From Hydrolagus affinis (taxonomy: Eukaryota): a stretch of 64,000 bases of DNA. The notes under the pieces are model-generated. The model worked only from the letters and a program-made list of their open reading frames with translations, did no database searches and was not told the origin of the DNA. The stretch's first letter is position 1, and the number at the start of each line of letters is the position of its first letter. This document shows positions 39,721 through 54,294 of this stretch, one piece after another. The stretch is from the NCBI GenBank assembly GCA_012026655.1, contig JAAILG010001261.1, forward strand, positions 1-64,000. Direction: 5' to 3'. Both the position numbers and the translations under genes were made by a program.

Positions 39721-41572
39721 GTTAATGCCATAATTTATATAAAACCACGTTTCAGATCAGATCAGATTTGGGTGCAACCAATGTTAGACACCAAAACAGC
39801 CTCATCTTAGACATCCTGCAGACTGGAAATTGATTGCTTGGAAAAGGTGACGCATTGAAGATATATCTTCAAGAAGTGACCTTATCTGCAGCCCCACCCT
39901 CATCCCTATGCAGAAGGTGATGACGTTCTTTAATGTCCTAATTAACTGGATTTCAAATGTTGATGGTTGAGGTTCTGTACGGTTTTCTGGATGGTCTAAA
40001 ACCAGGCACATTTGAGCTGAAGACAACATTAAAATTGCAAAGAGGATTTTGGTAGGAAAATATTGATGATGTCTAGAAGTGCTGAGCTGCATGATGCATT
40101 AAGGGAGACAGCTGTTAGACTAGCAGAGGTGCCCTGTCTCCTCATATGTAATGTGACAGCTGAGCAAGGATCAGGCAGCCAGCTTGCAGCTGCTGCAAGG
40201 GGCCCACCATGCAGTACATTCACAGGAGGCTCCTGCATCACTCTTTCACCTGGTATCTCTTCACTTTTCATCACCGCCAGTAATCCCCAAAATTCCTGAT
40301 AGAAACAACATAGTCGTACTGTTTCCCTATGTCTTGCGCTTGCTGACCTGCTTCGATGCAGTTTATCAACAGGAATTAGAGCAGTTCAAGAATGCTGAGG
40401 GGGATTAGAAATCATTTTTCTATCAATTTGTTGCGCGGGACAAGAATAGCTTTCCAAAAATGACGTCCACATTATCACATATTAATTTGCAGACGGGTTG
40501 ACCTAAATGCAAAGAACAAGAAGTTTATTCATGGTTTGCGGGCCCTGCTGAGGCAGCTTATTACTGGCAAAGGCAGGAGTCAGAGTATGCTTTTGGCAAT
40601 CTGCCAAGCAGCCAATCAATGCAGCTCAGAGTCAAAGGAACTGAAAATCTGATCCCTTTATTTCTGTCTGGGTCAGCGATGTCAGTGCTTGCTGCAGAAG
40701 GCGAATGATAGGCACTCCTTTGAAATGATACAATCTGTGCAGTGCTGCGGGGTTTTAAAACAAAAATCTGCCCCCCACCACCAACCCCCCAGCAACCCCC
40801 CCACTCACCCCCACCCCCTCCAAATAAAACTAAAGCTTTTTTGAAGGTGGCTGTGCATGGATTAATCCATTTAGGGATGCCAGAAAATCACTGGTGGCAA
40901 ATCCCAGCCTAGCGATCACCAACTGAACCTAAACACATCACAGAGAAATGGGAGGGGGTGGGGTGGGGGGGGGTGTTTAATTTTAGCAGTTGACCTGATT
41001 CCATGGTAAATGGAAAGAAATATATCTACAAGAGCCCTCCCAAGCCAATCATTATATACATTAGTCGCGTACGAGTCCTCCTTGCAGTCGGTAATTGCTT
41101 TATCTCTTTAGAGCTTAAGAAATTTACTATCGAAGATAGAGATTCTAACTGTAGCTTAAACTAACAAATCCAAAAGCACTTTGCTCCATAGGCCCTTGTT
41201 TATATTTATATTCTCAAAAATGCGGAGTGTAGTGTGTTTATTTTTGAATGTTTTCAGGCGCTATATTTACTCATGGTCCAGAGTTTCAATATTAATCTGG
41301 CAACCTCATGAACTGATTTTAAAAACAAATGTATGGAATATAAAAGGCTAACGAGCAGGACATGTGTTTAAATAATCTTTGATCTTGGCTTCCTACCTTT
41401 GGACTTATTTTGCTAGTGTTCTATTGGGTCACTAGATGGAGTACTATGGGGCAGCATAGCTTAGCTCAGGGACTTCAAAACTAAATCGGGGAAGGTCCAA
41501 CCCAATCTTACAGAAATGCTGCTGCAAGACATTGCATAGATCAACCACAGAGGAAAGTGTCTTTGGAACGAT

Positions 41573-41785
41573 ATAATAATAATCCTTGCATTTGACATCT
41601 TAAATGCCTCGCTTTTCACATCTTATCAACGTCTCAAAGCGCTTCACAGAATATATTGTAAAGTGAATTGACTGTATATTTGTGGGTGAAGCGCGGCAGC
41701 CAATTGCGCACAGCAATGTCCCACAAACAGTCGTGGATTGAAATGACCAATTTTATTTTTGTGTTTTTTTTGAGGGATTATTGTT
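41573..41785 (-). mobile_element. 5'-truncated tRNA/Deu SINE
   Basis: High identity to the 36219-36425 segment. Confidence 0.88.
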
Positions 41786-42039
41786 TATTAGCATAACAAT
41801 GAGCAATGTGTATTTTTTTAAGCATTTGCTCAGGCAACAATCAAATATTTCAGTAGCATTTTTTAGTTGATATATGAAAGTATTGCGAGTTTTCTTACTT
41901 ATATCATTTTCCGTTTGCATCTTAACAAGGAAACAGGGATCTTATGATTTTTGTTCCACAGAAAGATAATTTGTTTTATCTGTGAAGGATCAGGTTCACT
42001 TTCATTTTCCTGGTTCTCAACTTTCAGTTATGACTTAAC

Positions 42040-42800
42040 GAGTATATACAGTATTTTGAGTTGAAACGGCTTTGGTGAATCTTCCGCTTGGCATGTGTGC
42101 CATTTCCACAATTCGAACATGGACATCCTTGCCCACAAATAGTTATTGTGCCTCAAGGACATACTTGTTCGACTCAGTCTTGACATATCCACACATCCTT
42201 CAACACTATTCTCAGTAATCCTTTGAAACAGTGAATCACTGCAGCACCAATTCCTCACATTCGCTACTTGTGGAAAACAATATTTTTCTAGTCTCTATAC
42301 CTGCCATCTGTCTTGAGGCTCGTTAATTACCCTTTTGACATCTATAGCACCAATGCTTCTCATCATTTTATGGCCTCTTTCCTCCTGAACAATCTTTTTA
42401 TCTGATTAGTTCAAATTCAAATTTATGACCATCTCATAATATATCTTTAAGTCCCTGCATTTTCATCATGTTCATCTCTGATACACCCATGATGTGTAAA
42501 TGAAGACAAGCTGCCTGAAATCTCAGATATGTTCTAAATGGGATCTTACCAGCTTTAGAAAGTTGTAACTTCTTTTAATTTATCTTTGAGACCAGAAAAA
42601 GTAACTTATTTGATTAGCTTCTTATTAGATAGACTGCAAATCTTCGGTGAATGATCACTAATCACATCTAAAGCCTTTCTTCTGTATCGCTACTACTGAA
42701 CAACGTTTAATATTATATACATACACTTACTGATCTACATTCCAATATGAATTTCCTAATATTTATCCAATTTAAAATCCATCTGCCACTGTTTGGTCTA
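42040..42800 (-). mobile_element. Decayed CR1 ORF2 3' part; other decayed CR1 relics at ~47640-48200 and ~51060-51400
   Basis: Reverse-complement motifs such as TTCCACAAT, CAATTCCTCACATT and ATCCATCTGCCAC (KWQM-like) lie in CR1 order; highly degenerate. Confidence 0.4.
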
Positions 42801-45800
42801 TACGTTGATTTGCTGCTCATCTTCCTGAATACTGTGTATTGTACGATTTGCTTGTTTAGTGGCACCTGGCACGCAATTATTTAACACAAAATATTAAGAA
42901 ATAACTTCAGATTAATGTAGCATTGCGCTTCCGCTTTTTTTTTAGTGTAAAGAATAGCAGGAAACAATAATCTGCTGCTTTACTCAAGCAGTATTGAAAA
43001 GTTTAAAGAAAATCGCAGGCTTTTCCAGTAAACTTCTCAGATATATTCAAACTTTTGTTTAAAAATACGGCCGATTGTAATTGTTGGCCTTAAATCATAA
43101 TTCTGGACATATTTACGTCTCCAAATGTGAATTTGCATTTGTTTCACTCCATTGACCCTTTATAAAGCCACTTACTGGACTGGAGAATCCAAAATTGTCG
43201 ACTCCCTATTTCGCTGAAATAGTTTAGGGCTGATTGGAACCCATGCCTGATCTGCAAAACTTAGCATTACGTCTAAAATAGCCTAAGAGTCGACAATTAT
43301 TGTACTTGGAGGGAAAGAATACAAACAGCCATAGAGACTTTGTGTTCCTTTAAATTGTTTCGGTTTAGAAATATTTACAAATCCATTTTCAAATTCAAAA
43401 TATACGGTTTGAATCAGAGGTCGGCTTTGATTCAGAATTGGCAATAGATGGTATTGCAATAATTACCTAGTTCCAAATTTATTAGCTTGTCTTGATTCCA
43501 AGTGGAAGCTAGAGACATTTTGTGAGTAAATCCGTTGAGTTGTTTCCAACCCACTGATTGTCACTGCACCGCTTTAAATTTCAGCAATGACGCCACCAGT
43601 GGTAAATTAAACATCCAATCAATTGCAAGTAGCATTGATGAAAATGAATAAGTCTAATGAACTGGAAATAAACCATGTGCCAATTATAAATGAGTCCAAA
43701 TGGTGTTAATATATGCAAAAAGCAGTCGAAACTGCAGCCCTGGCAAACCGCTTCAGGAAGTCTGCATTCTGCGAAGTCGAGCAACACCTTGAACTAAACA
43801 GAATCCGTAGATTATGTTGGAGACCATATTACAGGGAACAAAAGGGGAAATAATTCAGTATTTAGTTCCAAATCTGGCATAAGGTAAAGCAATATGTTTT
43901 TCATCAATAGAAGAAAAAAATTACATTAAATCAGTCATCTTGTTTTGAGCAGCTGGATAAGGTTCCTGTTCTAAAGGACTTTAAACCTCCCATTGAGGCA
44001 AGGGTACATCAGCTGTTTAACACTGTCTGAATTCTCTGGAATAGAAGCCTAAGTAGGAATATACAGCATAAATTTTAATCGATAATCTTTGTGTTTCAAA
44101 GGTGCACCTTTCAACAACAGATCTTTACGTGTAACAGTTACTCTTTACCATACTTCCATGCTACATCTTTCATGAATAGTTCAAAACTACAATATGAATC
44201 AAAGTCTGGGATTCTGTTCCATGCATTCTTTATTAATTATTGGTGTGTTTTTCCTTTTATATACAGACGTTCCTGGGCTAGCTGGAGTCAGACAGACAGC
44301 TGAGAGACACAGCTACCATAAGGCTGGTTATTGAAGGCCACGGACCACTCAACACCAGATGTCACATCCACAAGGCAAGTGAATCTCCAGCTCCAGAAAC
44401 ACCCATGGGGTATAAGTGGGAGAATCTTGACTGCAATCTTGACGCTTGAGGCAGTACAAGCTCCAAATTGTCACTTTAGACCAGAAAGTAATATGAAGAA
44501 CAGCACAGTCAATCTGCGTGGTGTCAACAACAACAAGAAGCAACAAAAGTACACTTGTACAGTACCTTTCACGTCAGGAGGACGTCCCAAAGCGCTGGGC
44601 AGTTACTGTTTCAGACCTGAGCTGAGGACGGTGGGGTGGGGTGGGGTGGGGGGCAGGAAAGGGAGTCTCAACTGGATAGACATGTAAACCGAGATAGCGA
44701 TCACCATGCAACAACAACAACAGCAGCAAGAAACAATCGGGAACTAACAAGCATAGTTGAACTCAAAAGATGTAGTCCAGATTGCCGTAGCTGAAATGCT
44801 ATTTATTGCCATGTGGATATGAACCAGTAGAAAATAAAACCAACTGTGCGAAGAATTGATGCGTGTGTCAAAAATCTTTGGCGTCGTGGTCATATCATCA
44901 CAGAGCTTAGATCAAATTCAGCACCCTCTGTTCCAGCGCTGGTGCCAGTTGGAACTCCGTTCAGAGGGCTGTTGCTCAAAATAAATTTGGGAGTTTCTGT
45001 TGTACTGCTCAATAAGTATTTACATGAGACACAACTACATGTATCCAGGGCCCTTACACTCAATAGCTCATTAACTCTGGCTGCAATGAGTTGAAGATTT
45101 CAAGTTTCATTCGCGAACGCACCTCAAGAAGTAAAATGACTGTACAGCCAACGTCAACAGAATGTTTTGAGCAATCAGATGCACATTGCTTAAGCCTTTT
45201 AAAGTTTAGAGAGACAGTTGCATTTCTGGCTCTTAAATAACATTGGAACCTAATTATGAACAATGCCAGCTCATGTAGCTCTGTTTCGTTACCCATGCAT
45301 GGATGTCCTTTTCAAATATTATATTTCATACCTTTGCTTCCCTTGCATGTCTCTTAAATCCATCAAGGTTACCTGCTCTGACACTTTCTTCAGCTATGCT
45401 ATAGAAAGCATCAGAGAGTTTGTGAGTGGTCAGGAGCAAAGCACAGGACTACCAAGGGAAGAGCGAGTGCAGTTCACGTGTAATTCTATTTTTTTTAACC
45501 TGAAGGAAGTTGCCAAAATTAAAAAAGAAATTCACATTGTGCATGAATTCATTGTAAAATTGATTTGGGCAACCTTACGCCTTCTATTCTTGACAGACCC
45601 AATGCATACATACCCCTACCCCGACCTTCCCCTGCCCCGCTCGGGTCCCGACCTGACTGTTCAGCGCTTTGGGACGTCCTCCCAACGTGAAAGGCGCTAT
45701 AGGAGTGCAATTTTGTTCTGGTTGTTCCTTTAGAATCTTACATCTTGCTGTAAAGAGTTGCATTCCTTAAGTATTTGTACTTATTATCATTGCGATTATA

Positions 45801-48800
45801 ACAATGGCTTTGTGTCTGGTCATTATCCATCCTAATCCTTAAATCCTGTGTCAATTGGGAATCAGGAACATTTACTTTAAATGTCATTATTGGGATAAAT
45901 GCACTAATAGGAAAACTGCATCATAGTAGATGAACATCATTCTTACAGCCACTGGTGTTATGGGTCTTATCGTAGATTGACAGGTGTCAAGACTTGCAGA
46001 ATCATTTCGAAAATCAATCATCAATTGGCCACTGAATCCAAGTCTCCCTGAGCTTTACAAAAAGAAATGCAGATAATTAGCTCCTAGTCTATAAGTTCTG
46101 TTGACAGGGTAACTTCTCCCTTTCCTCACACGTTCCAATTGTAGCACAGCAGCTGTTGTTTAAATATGAATTAGTAGTTCCTGAGTGTTTAATACGTCCC
46201 AAATCCATTGCTGTGACCACCGTAAAGGGTATGTGTGCATTTTAACTCTGGTTGTCCTGAATACTATATTTTGGTGCCAAGATTTATGTGTGAAAAGCAT
46301 GGCTGGGCAAATTTTCTTGCAGCTCTTCTCTGTAATTATCAGTTTAAATTGGGTATTAATGATTCTAGCAGTTACCAATGTATAATGGATGGAAATGTGA
46401 ATTTAATGCAGAAAAGCTGCTTTCCAGACTACACATTAAAACAGTTCAAGTGCAACTGACAAGTAGAAAAATCTAGGCTGGTAGAAATTAATATTTACAA
46501 TGTTTTAATGTGAGTTTCACATGGACGGACTAGTCCCATTCTACTCAGCCACCATTTTAAACGTGGGCAGTTTACAGCTGTATCTCTGCCTACCTGGAGT
46601 TAGGCTGCCCCCTTCTGCAAGTCCAAAACCGAACAGGAATAGAACAAAGGTAGAGTTGACTAGAACATCGTGTGACTTCTCTTTGCTACTGAACACCTTT
46701 ATTAAAGGTATCTACATCATGTGTTACAGAAACCACTGACTTGAAAGGGTTACTGCTTTACAAACTCAAATGTTAGTGTCCCAAGTCTTTAGATATTGTC
46801 AGACAGCCAGTTCAACATCAGCCAAAATACAAACCTCCATTTGATCCTCATTCTCAGGCAATGCTTAGGACAGTGACAAAACCCAATAGTCTCATTGGTA
46901 ATGTCTGTTGTTGTAGCTGCGATTGAAGAAGTTTTGACAGGCTGACTGTAATTACAGCTTGCATTAGCTGCTTTTAAGAAAAAAAATGACTCTTCGGAGA
47001 GCTATGGCTACCCACTTAAGAAAACAAGGTGTTCCACTGTTTAAAGTTCAAATCCCGTACTGCAAACAATCATATGGCAAAAATGTCAGCAATAATCTTT
47101 CCTGTGGTCTTAAATGGATCTCCTGATGTTGGGTTTAGAAGCTGTATAGCAGGTTCTGCTTCAGTGACATGCAAGCATTGTTAGGAACCCTACCTGACAT
47201 GCCATGATCAATTATAATAAACTTCAAGTTTATCATTACAGAATCATTACAGAATCGTTTCTGAAAAGTTCACAAACACAAGTTAGGTACAGCGGAAAAT
47301 GTTTCCACGACAATTGATGGTGCCTTGTACAGCAGTACATTTAATATTGGTGTTCGTGGTAGATTTTTCTACACATGTTTAACCTCACATTTTACTTCAA
47401 CCACCATGGGGATTTCCCAGAGATCTGTTTCAGGAAAAATCATAAGAGAAAAACAATGACTCTAAACTACTGATGCCCATCCTTTGCTCTCTCTCAAACT
47501 CCTCCGAGACTAAAGTGTTTAAGTGAAAGGTTAAAGGCACAGCCGAGTAACTGAATGTCAATGTCCTTGACTTTGCAGGTAAAACATTTCAGATTTGATA
47601 CTTTTTAAAACAAACAAGAGGCTTGTGGATTCTAAAATTCTGTTTCCAGGCAGAGGGACAGCTTGATACTTTAATGGGAAGATGATAGGATTGGAGTTCT
47701 GAAAGGCTAACTGTAAATGAACTAATGGACCTTCTTTCTTGGAACTGCTCTTGTGATATGTATAAATATACACTCGTTCTTCTCCTGCCATTATCTGATT
47801 CGTTGAGAAATGGTACAGCCATATTTCCAATTGTGTTGCCTTTGTACATTCCCCACATTACACACTATCCCTGTTCAAAACCTATTCCTAAGCTCCTGCC
47901 AACACTGCTCTATAATCAGGAATGCAAGAGCATTTTGATATCCATATTAAAGAATTTCCCTTCCTGCTTGGTGAGGGGGAGGGAGGATACAATATGTAAT
48001 GTGCTAATTATCATCTCGTACCACGTTGCCTCCCCCCTCTCAGTTCCTCTTCAGCATATCCCACATTGGCACAGCTGAGATCATTAACTCGCTCTGTGGG
48101 ACACAGCAAGAACAAAGGAATCTCCCACTGCTCCACAACACAGCATATTGGAGCTTCAGGAGATTTTTGTACCTCTTTGACCATGCCTTTGGTCATCTTT
48201 CCCCTTCCTTCTCACCCTCTCAACTCTCAACCCCCAGCTTAGGTGCCCAACCAGTACTTTGGGACATCCTCCCTGTGTGAAAGGCCCTATGGAGTGTACA
48301 TTTGTATTGCACTGTATTTTGTTGGCATGCCATCCAATTTTATCTCAACTGATTCATTTAAAATGTAAGCACATTCAAGGGGTTAATTGTGCATCATGTG
48401 TTTGAGATTTACAAATGAGGTAGCAGAAAATTCTGTGATTCATGATAAATATCCACAATATCATTTCAAATGAATGGGGTTGCATTTTTACTAACAATGC
48501 AGTCCTCCATATTCCTACATGCTAACTGAATAGAAGTATGACTGTTTTACATTATGTCATCATCACAAACAGTTTCTCACTATTTTTAAACTGTTTGTGT
48601 TGGATACTTACCAAAATACTGAGGCCAGTAGGCGTATTAATCTGGAAAGCTTTTGCCAAGCATTTTAGACTAAAAATCAGCCCAAAGGAAGGAGCACCCA
48701 CAGAGAAATTTAACCCTTTTCCTTCCGTCGACGACTGAGTTCAGTACCTCAGAAGCAATTTGTATGTTTTCAGCATCTTGCACTGATACAGGCATAATTT

Positions 48801-51470
48801 ATGATAATCCAATTGCATCCTGATAGTTTTGCCTGAGATAGATGCATAATTCCTGGTTGGAAAAATGCCTCCAAACTTAACTGAAAAAGACTGTCCACAA
48901 TAAATGTGAGTATGGCCTATTAAGCATTGTTTGATAAATATTTAGCAGAGTTTTGTCTATGTTAAAAGCTCATAATGTTATTGTAATGATGTTGAAATCT
49001 GTTACCACATATAACAGGAGGCTCAGAATACATTATAAACAGTGCTTCAGCCTTTTAAGCCTCACATGCTGATCATCACTAAAATAAAGCAATCTTTTCA
49101 TGACTTGTTTATAATGCGATTGCCCATTCTAAATGTATAATGAAACGATTGCAATTTTTAGCAATTGCCCTGTGATAGACCCTCCCCACCATGTGCATTG
49201 AACAAAATAACTTCTGTTGAACACACTGCTGCAGAGGCTGATTAATGATAATTCATTTCTTCATGCACCAGATTTTCTCCACTTTTCTGACATGTATTTG
49301 TTTCGTTTTGGAATTGGAAATCTGGAACAAGTTACATGTGACCTCCTTTATGGTAAGAACTGCACTTAATTCGCTCAATTGTCCTGTTGGTAGTTACTTT
49401 AATTTCTCTGTTTGTAGGGTGTTTTATATATTTACAGTTGGTCAGCTAAAAGAACCAGTACCACTGTGATATCAGATAAGGATGAACATGATGTACATTA
49501 AAAATGAAAGGGAATTAAATTAAACTGCAGGCTTGAGTGCTCAAAATCCTCAGTGGTTATGCATCAGACTTTCTCAACTGTGTGAGGTCTATATTGGAAA
49601 ACTTTACCACTAAAAGCTGATCAGGAGACTAAGAATTGACTAATTGTCACTATCAGTTTTAAGCTACCAATAATCACGATAATTGATGCTTTTGTGAAGC
49701 CTTTACTCAATACACTCTTCTCTGGATAGGATGATATTGATTATCACAGTAAATCTAATAGGCAAAATTTCAAAAGGCATTATAAGTGTGAGATAACTGA
49801 TATCAATTGTTTTCTTTGGCGTCTGCAGTGTCTCATTGAATATTTTACTGATTGCTGCTTAGAAATAAGATGCCTTTATAATGACTAACAGGAACAAAAG
49901 AACCAAAGGTAACAAACCTATAATGATTGCTTTTTCACATATTGCAGCTAGCATTGGAAACCTTAGCTCGGTGATTGGTTTCTGCACGGGTCAGACAACC
50001 AGCTGACCATAAAAAAACGAGCTCAACAAGTTATTCACTGCAGTAAGTGCATACAGTACCTTTGATCAACTGTGCTGAGCTGAATTGAGATGCCTTTCTT
50101 TAGTTAATAAAGTTGATCGCCATTTGCCATTCCCATTTCAATAGAATGTTTGCGCGAAATGAGGCTCATATAAATATAGTGCTTGTGGTCTGTTGCCGAT
50201 TCCCTCTTAACTGAACAGACATGAGTAGCAGGATAGAGAGAAAACGCAAGAGTAAAATTCAAATGTTAATGTCCTTGATTAATGGTAGTGGATTATGAAC
50301 TGTGGTTGTGATGTACTATTATAATGAAAGATAATAGTTGCACGGATCATGGCATTTCTTGAGAACTATATTTAAAAGCAGGATTGTAATTTGGGACACA
50401 ATAATTGCTTCGAGCAAAGTTGGCACCGAATTTATTCTCAACCTTGCCATTCATTCCTATTTGGATAGGCATTGTATAATTACTATTAGGGACAACAGCA
50501 GAACGCATTGAAGCTGATCTTTATTTTTCCTTTGGTGGTTCCCATTCTCATTATAAGCAATGCAAACTGCAGAAAACGACCCTGATGTCAAACCTTTGAC
50601 CTTAGATATTCTATAAAACAATAATGCATTGCTAAGGGTCGCGGAGAAAGGGATTTTCTCCTGCTTCGATAACTATTGCCCTGTCATTTACTTTTGTGAG
50701 ACTGCTCTCTCTATAACCACGGCCACAAGCGCAGAATACAAGACTGGTGTCTGATTGTGATCAAATGAAGACTGTGAGTCTTTTCTCTCCCGCCCTATCT
50801 TTGTGTCATTAGTAGTAGCACATGGATGCTGCTTCACTGCTTTCTCATCGATTTACTCCAGTTGGTTTAGTTATCACTAGGCATCTGCTACTGCTGCTAC
50901 CGATGATATAATTCCTCATTACCCAACAGTTATTCCCGATTTTGTAAAATCCCCTTGTTTTTGCTGCCTCTGGTTCACTTAAAGAGCTTCCAATTACAGT
51001 ATATTTTGTCTGTGTTTTAATGGCCATAGATGTTCGATGTTTCATTCATATGATCCCATTTGTTTTGTTGGCTGCAAATGATCTTTCCTTGTGACAATGC
51101 CAAAATGTGCTTCTTTATTTTGTGACTGTATCCTTAACACTCACAATAATCTCTTTGGGATGGATGAGGACTCAGTATTAGTAGACTTATTTGCATTCAC
51201 AAGTTCATGTTGATGCACAGATTGTGTTGATACTAATTTTCCCCCATCTAAACCAACCAGGTTATTCTGATACTATCATTTTAGACCTTTTCTTCCTTTG
51301 TGTCAATGTGAGTTGAATCCAAATTGCATGATGTCCCCAAATTTTAGTCTTTCAGAACGCTATTTTGGCAATTGTCTTATAACTTGACTTCTCAAATTTC
51401 CCAATGTGCTGAGCAGTTTACCATTGTGGCAATCACTCTGCTTTTCATTGGCTGAGGTCATATATTGTTG

Positions 51471-51748
51471 TCAAAACACAAAATACTACAGATGCTGGGA
51501 ATCTGAAAACAAAAACAAAAGTTGCTGGGGAAACTCAGCAGGTCAGGCAGCATCCATGGAGAAAGGAAAAAGAGTCAACTTTTGGGTCTACAACAATAAC
51601 AACTTTGATTTATATAGCGCCTTCCACGCCAGACGGCGTCTCAGAACTGACAAAGGGTTGTAGACCCGAAACGTTGACTCTTTTTCCTTTCTCCATGGAT
51701 GCTGCTTGACCTGCTGAGTTTCCCCAGCAACTTTTGTTTTTGTTTTCA
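51471..51748. mobile_element. Penelope-like (pseudo-LTR derived) palindromic insertion with target-site-like duplication and an L2 tail in the loop
   Basis: Arms 51504-51594 and 51657-51748 are near-perfect reverse complements; TCATATATTGTTG is repeated at 51458-51470 and 51746-51758; sequence resembles the common shark GAAACTCAGCAGGTCAGGCAGCATC palindrome. Confidence 0.75.
51647..51678 (+). ncRNA. Degenerate minimal type I hammerhead ribozyme motif
   Basis: CTGAcaA-a-GGGT-tgtag-ACCC-GAAA-CGTT: core CUGANGA with one G>A change, 4-bp stem II, GAAA and palindromic ACGT stem III. Confidence 0.5.
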
Positions 51749-52729
51749 TATATTGTTGCTCTCTATTTCATTTGTGTGGCTCACTTGAAAGATACTAATG
51801 TAGAGAGCTTGGCTGTTTATAACAGTTGTTTTGTATATCATTTCATACTTTACCAAGGAATCCGAGTACTGCATAAAAAACATGTCCCTCCCAACAAACA
51901 GAATTATTTCATGTTGACTCGCAGGAACTTGCTCCGATCTACTTCTGAAACAAAGCTCACTTAGGTCAACAAGACTTTTAATATAAGGAAATATTACAGA
52001 TTAGACCCATTTGTGTGCTATGAAATGTTTGTAGCATGTCACCTGAATCCTTTACACAACACAATTGAGCATTGATATGTAACCAAGTTGTTTGTTTCAC
52101 TTCAAAACATTACAGTTAAATTGAAGGAAGAACTATGCGTTGCCCTTAGTGGGCAACTATAACGGCAGAACCACAACAGATAAAACATTCACTAAAGCAG
52201 TTTTTTTCGCACATTCTAACCACAAATTTGTCATTTGTCCTTGGATATTTGGGGAATGAAATAGATAGCTTCTACATTACAATTAGTCTCTATAGCAATA
52301 TGACCTCATGCCTCACAGTGCTTTGCAAAGTATTGTACAGTATAATAGTTTAATGAATACGGCGAATACTATTAATTCTGACTTCAAACGGAAAACCGGT
52401 TCTGCGAATGTGAGAGAATGACTTCAAAATAGAAAATTGATATTTAAAATGCACTGTGCACTTTATCTGCCAGCGTTTGGGGAACACTACAGTTAACAGG
52501 CTGTGAAATCCAGGCCTGAAATATTTGTATTTGTTTCCAGGTCTCAGAATTGCAAAGTAGACAATTCACATTATTATTTTCTCTCTAAAGGTACACTCTA
52601 AATATATTGCCTCACATGGGTTCTCTACCACAAAGTGCTGTATTGCTTTTTGTCTGAGCTTTAGAATGCAGATAAGTATTGGAGTATATCTTCCAACAAC
52701 ATTTCTTTAGCAGATTTTGCTCTTACAGA

Positions 52730-52776
52730 TATATAATATATATACTGTAATATGTATATATATATATATATATATG
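52730..52776. repeat. (TA)n microsatellite
   Basis: Direct observation. Confidence 0.85.
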
Positions 52777-53704
52777 TCAGTTTGCACATGTGCATCAAAG
52801 TGAAAGATATTCAAAGATTTTAGAAAGTGTGCCTAAAAGAAAAAGCCATAAATTACATAACGCATAACTCCCAATGACATTGGGTTCTGAAGCGGCTCTT
52901 ACTGGGGAAGTATTTGTAGATCTATTTCTTTGGCATCGTGTGATGTATGAATCTTTGAAACATATTTGTTCCATAATTGCCATAGCCATTTCTATAGGTA
53001 GTGATTTGTTCTCTCAGATGAGCCTCTTTCACCAACCTATTTACAGTGTACCTCTGTGAGGGGATGTCCCATACTCCAGTCAGGGGTTTTCAATCAGTAT
53101 GACTTGCAGTCCTGTGGTGTTTATGACAAATTGTTCATTTTCCCACCCGCATTGCAACTATATATATATATACATATTACACAAACATAAGATGATGTTG
53201 TATGACAGATATTTGTCAGTTTTGAAATCGCATTATACGTTGTGCAGATTCAAAGCATGCGTGCAATGGCGACATGCTGATTTCCTATATTTGAACACAA
53301 TCTCGAAGGCTGAACACCACATAAATCAAGCTTTCAACACTCTTAAAGACCAAAGATGGGCAGATGTTATTTCAAACTATTTATAAGTACTGCTGTTGGA
53401 GCAGCCTTTTTGAGCTTCAGCCAATTCAACATCAATTAATGCATTTTAAGGTACAAACTAAGGATGACACATGCACACACATGCAATTTGCTCATAAAAA
53501 ATTCTCCTCCATTGATTTCCACTGGCTGGAAAATTAGTTGATTTTCACTTTGTCTGATAAACCTAAATCTTTAGAGCATGAAATTTCATAGTAGAAGTAG
53601 TAGCAGGAATCTGAGTTCACATAAGCGTCCTTACTTGTTGGATTCAGGAAACAATTTGGTACCTCTCACTGAAGACATAAACCTGTATACGTTTGTCATA
53701 CAAG

Positions 53705-54294
53705 AATTTATCGCCAGATTCCGCCACTGCGTCACCCCTCAGGCTGCCGAAACCCTAATCCGCATATTCGTCACATCAAGGCTCAACTATGGAAACTCCC
53801 TTCTCGTTGGCCTTCCTGGTTCTTCCCTTCACAAGTTGCAGATCATCCAGAACTCTGCAGCTTGTGTCCTCACCAAGCTCCGCGACCACATCACTCCCAC
53901 ATCTTGCCCGACTCCATTGGCTCCCCATCCCCAGAGGATCAAATTCAAGATCCTTGTCCTCACTGTCAAGGCCATTCACGGCCTTGCCCCCCACCCATCT
54001 TTCTGACCTGCTGTACCACTATGAACCTGCCCGCCGCCTCCGTTCAGTGGGCTCCTGTCTGCTCCATATCCCCCGTCCGACCCACCCTACCATCGGCGGA
54101 CGGACTTTAAGCCTCTCTGCCGCCACACTCTGGAACTCCATTCCACAGTCCCTTCGCCTCGCTCCCTCTCTTGTCTACCCCCTACCCTGCCTCTCTCCCT
54201 TGCTCAGGTCCCGACCTGACTGTTCAGCACCTTGGGACGTCCTCCTGACATGAAAGGCAGTCTATAAAAATGTAATGTTGTTGTTGTTGTTGTT
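53705..54294 (+). mobile_element. 5'-truncated L2 LINE (ORF2 C-terminus plus tail), frameshifted
   Basis: IARFRHCVTPQAAETLIRIFVTSRLNYGNSLLVGLP...KLQIIQNSAA...DHITP / LARLHWLP / RIKFKILVL / LSDLL..YEPARRLRS...LWNSIP; (TTG)n tail. Confidence 0.93.
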
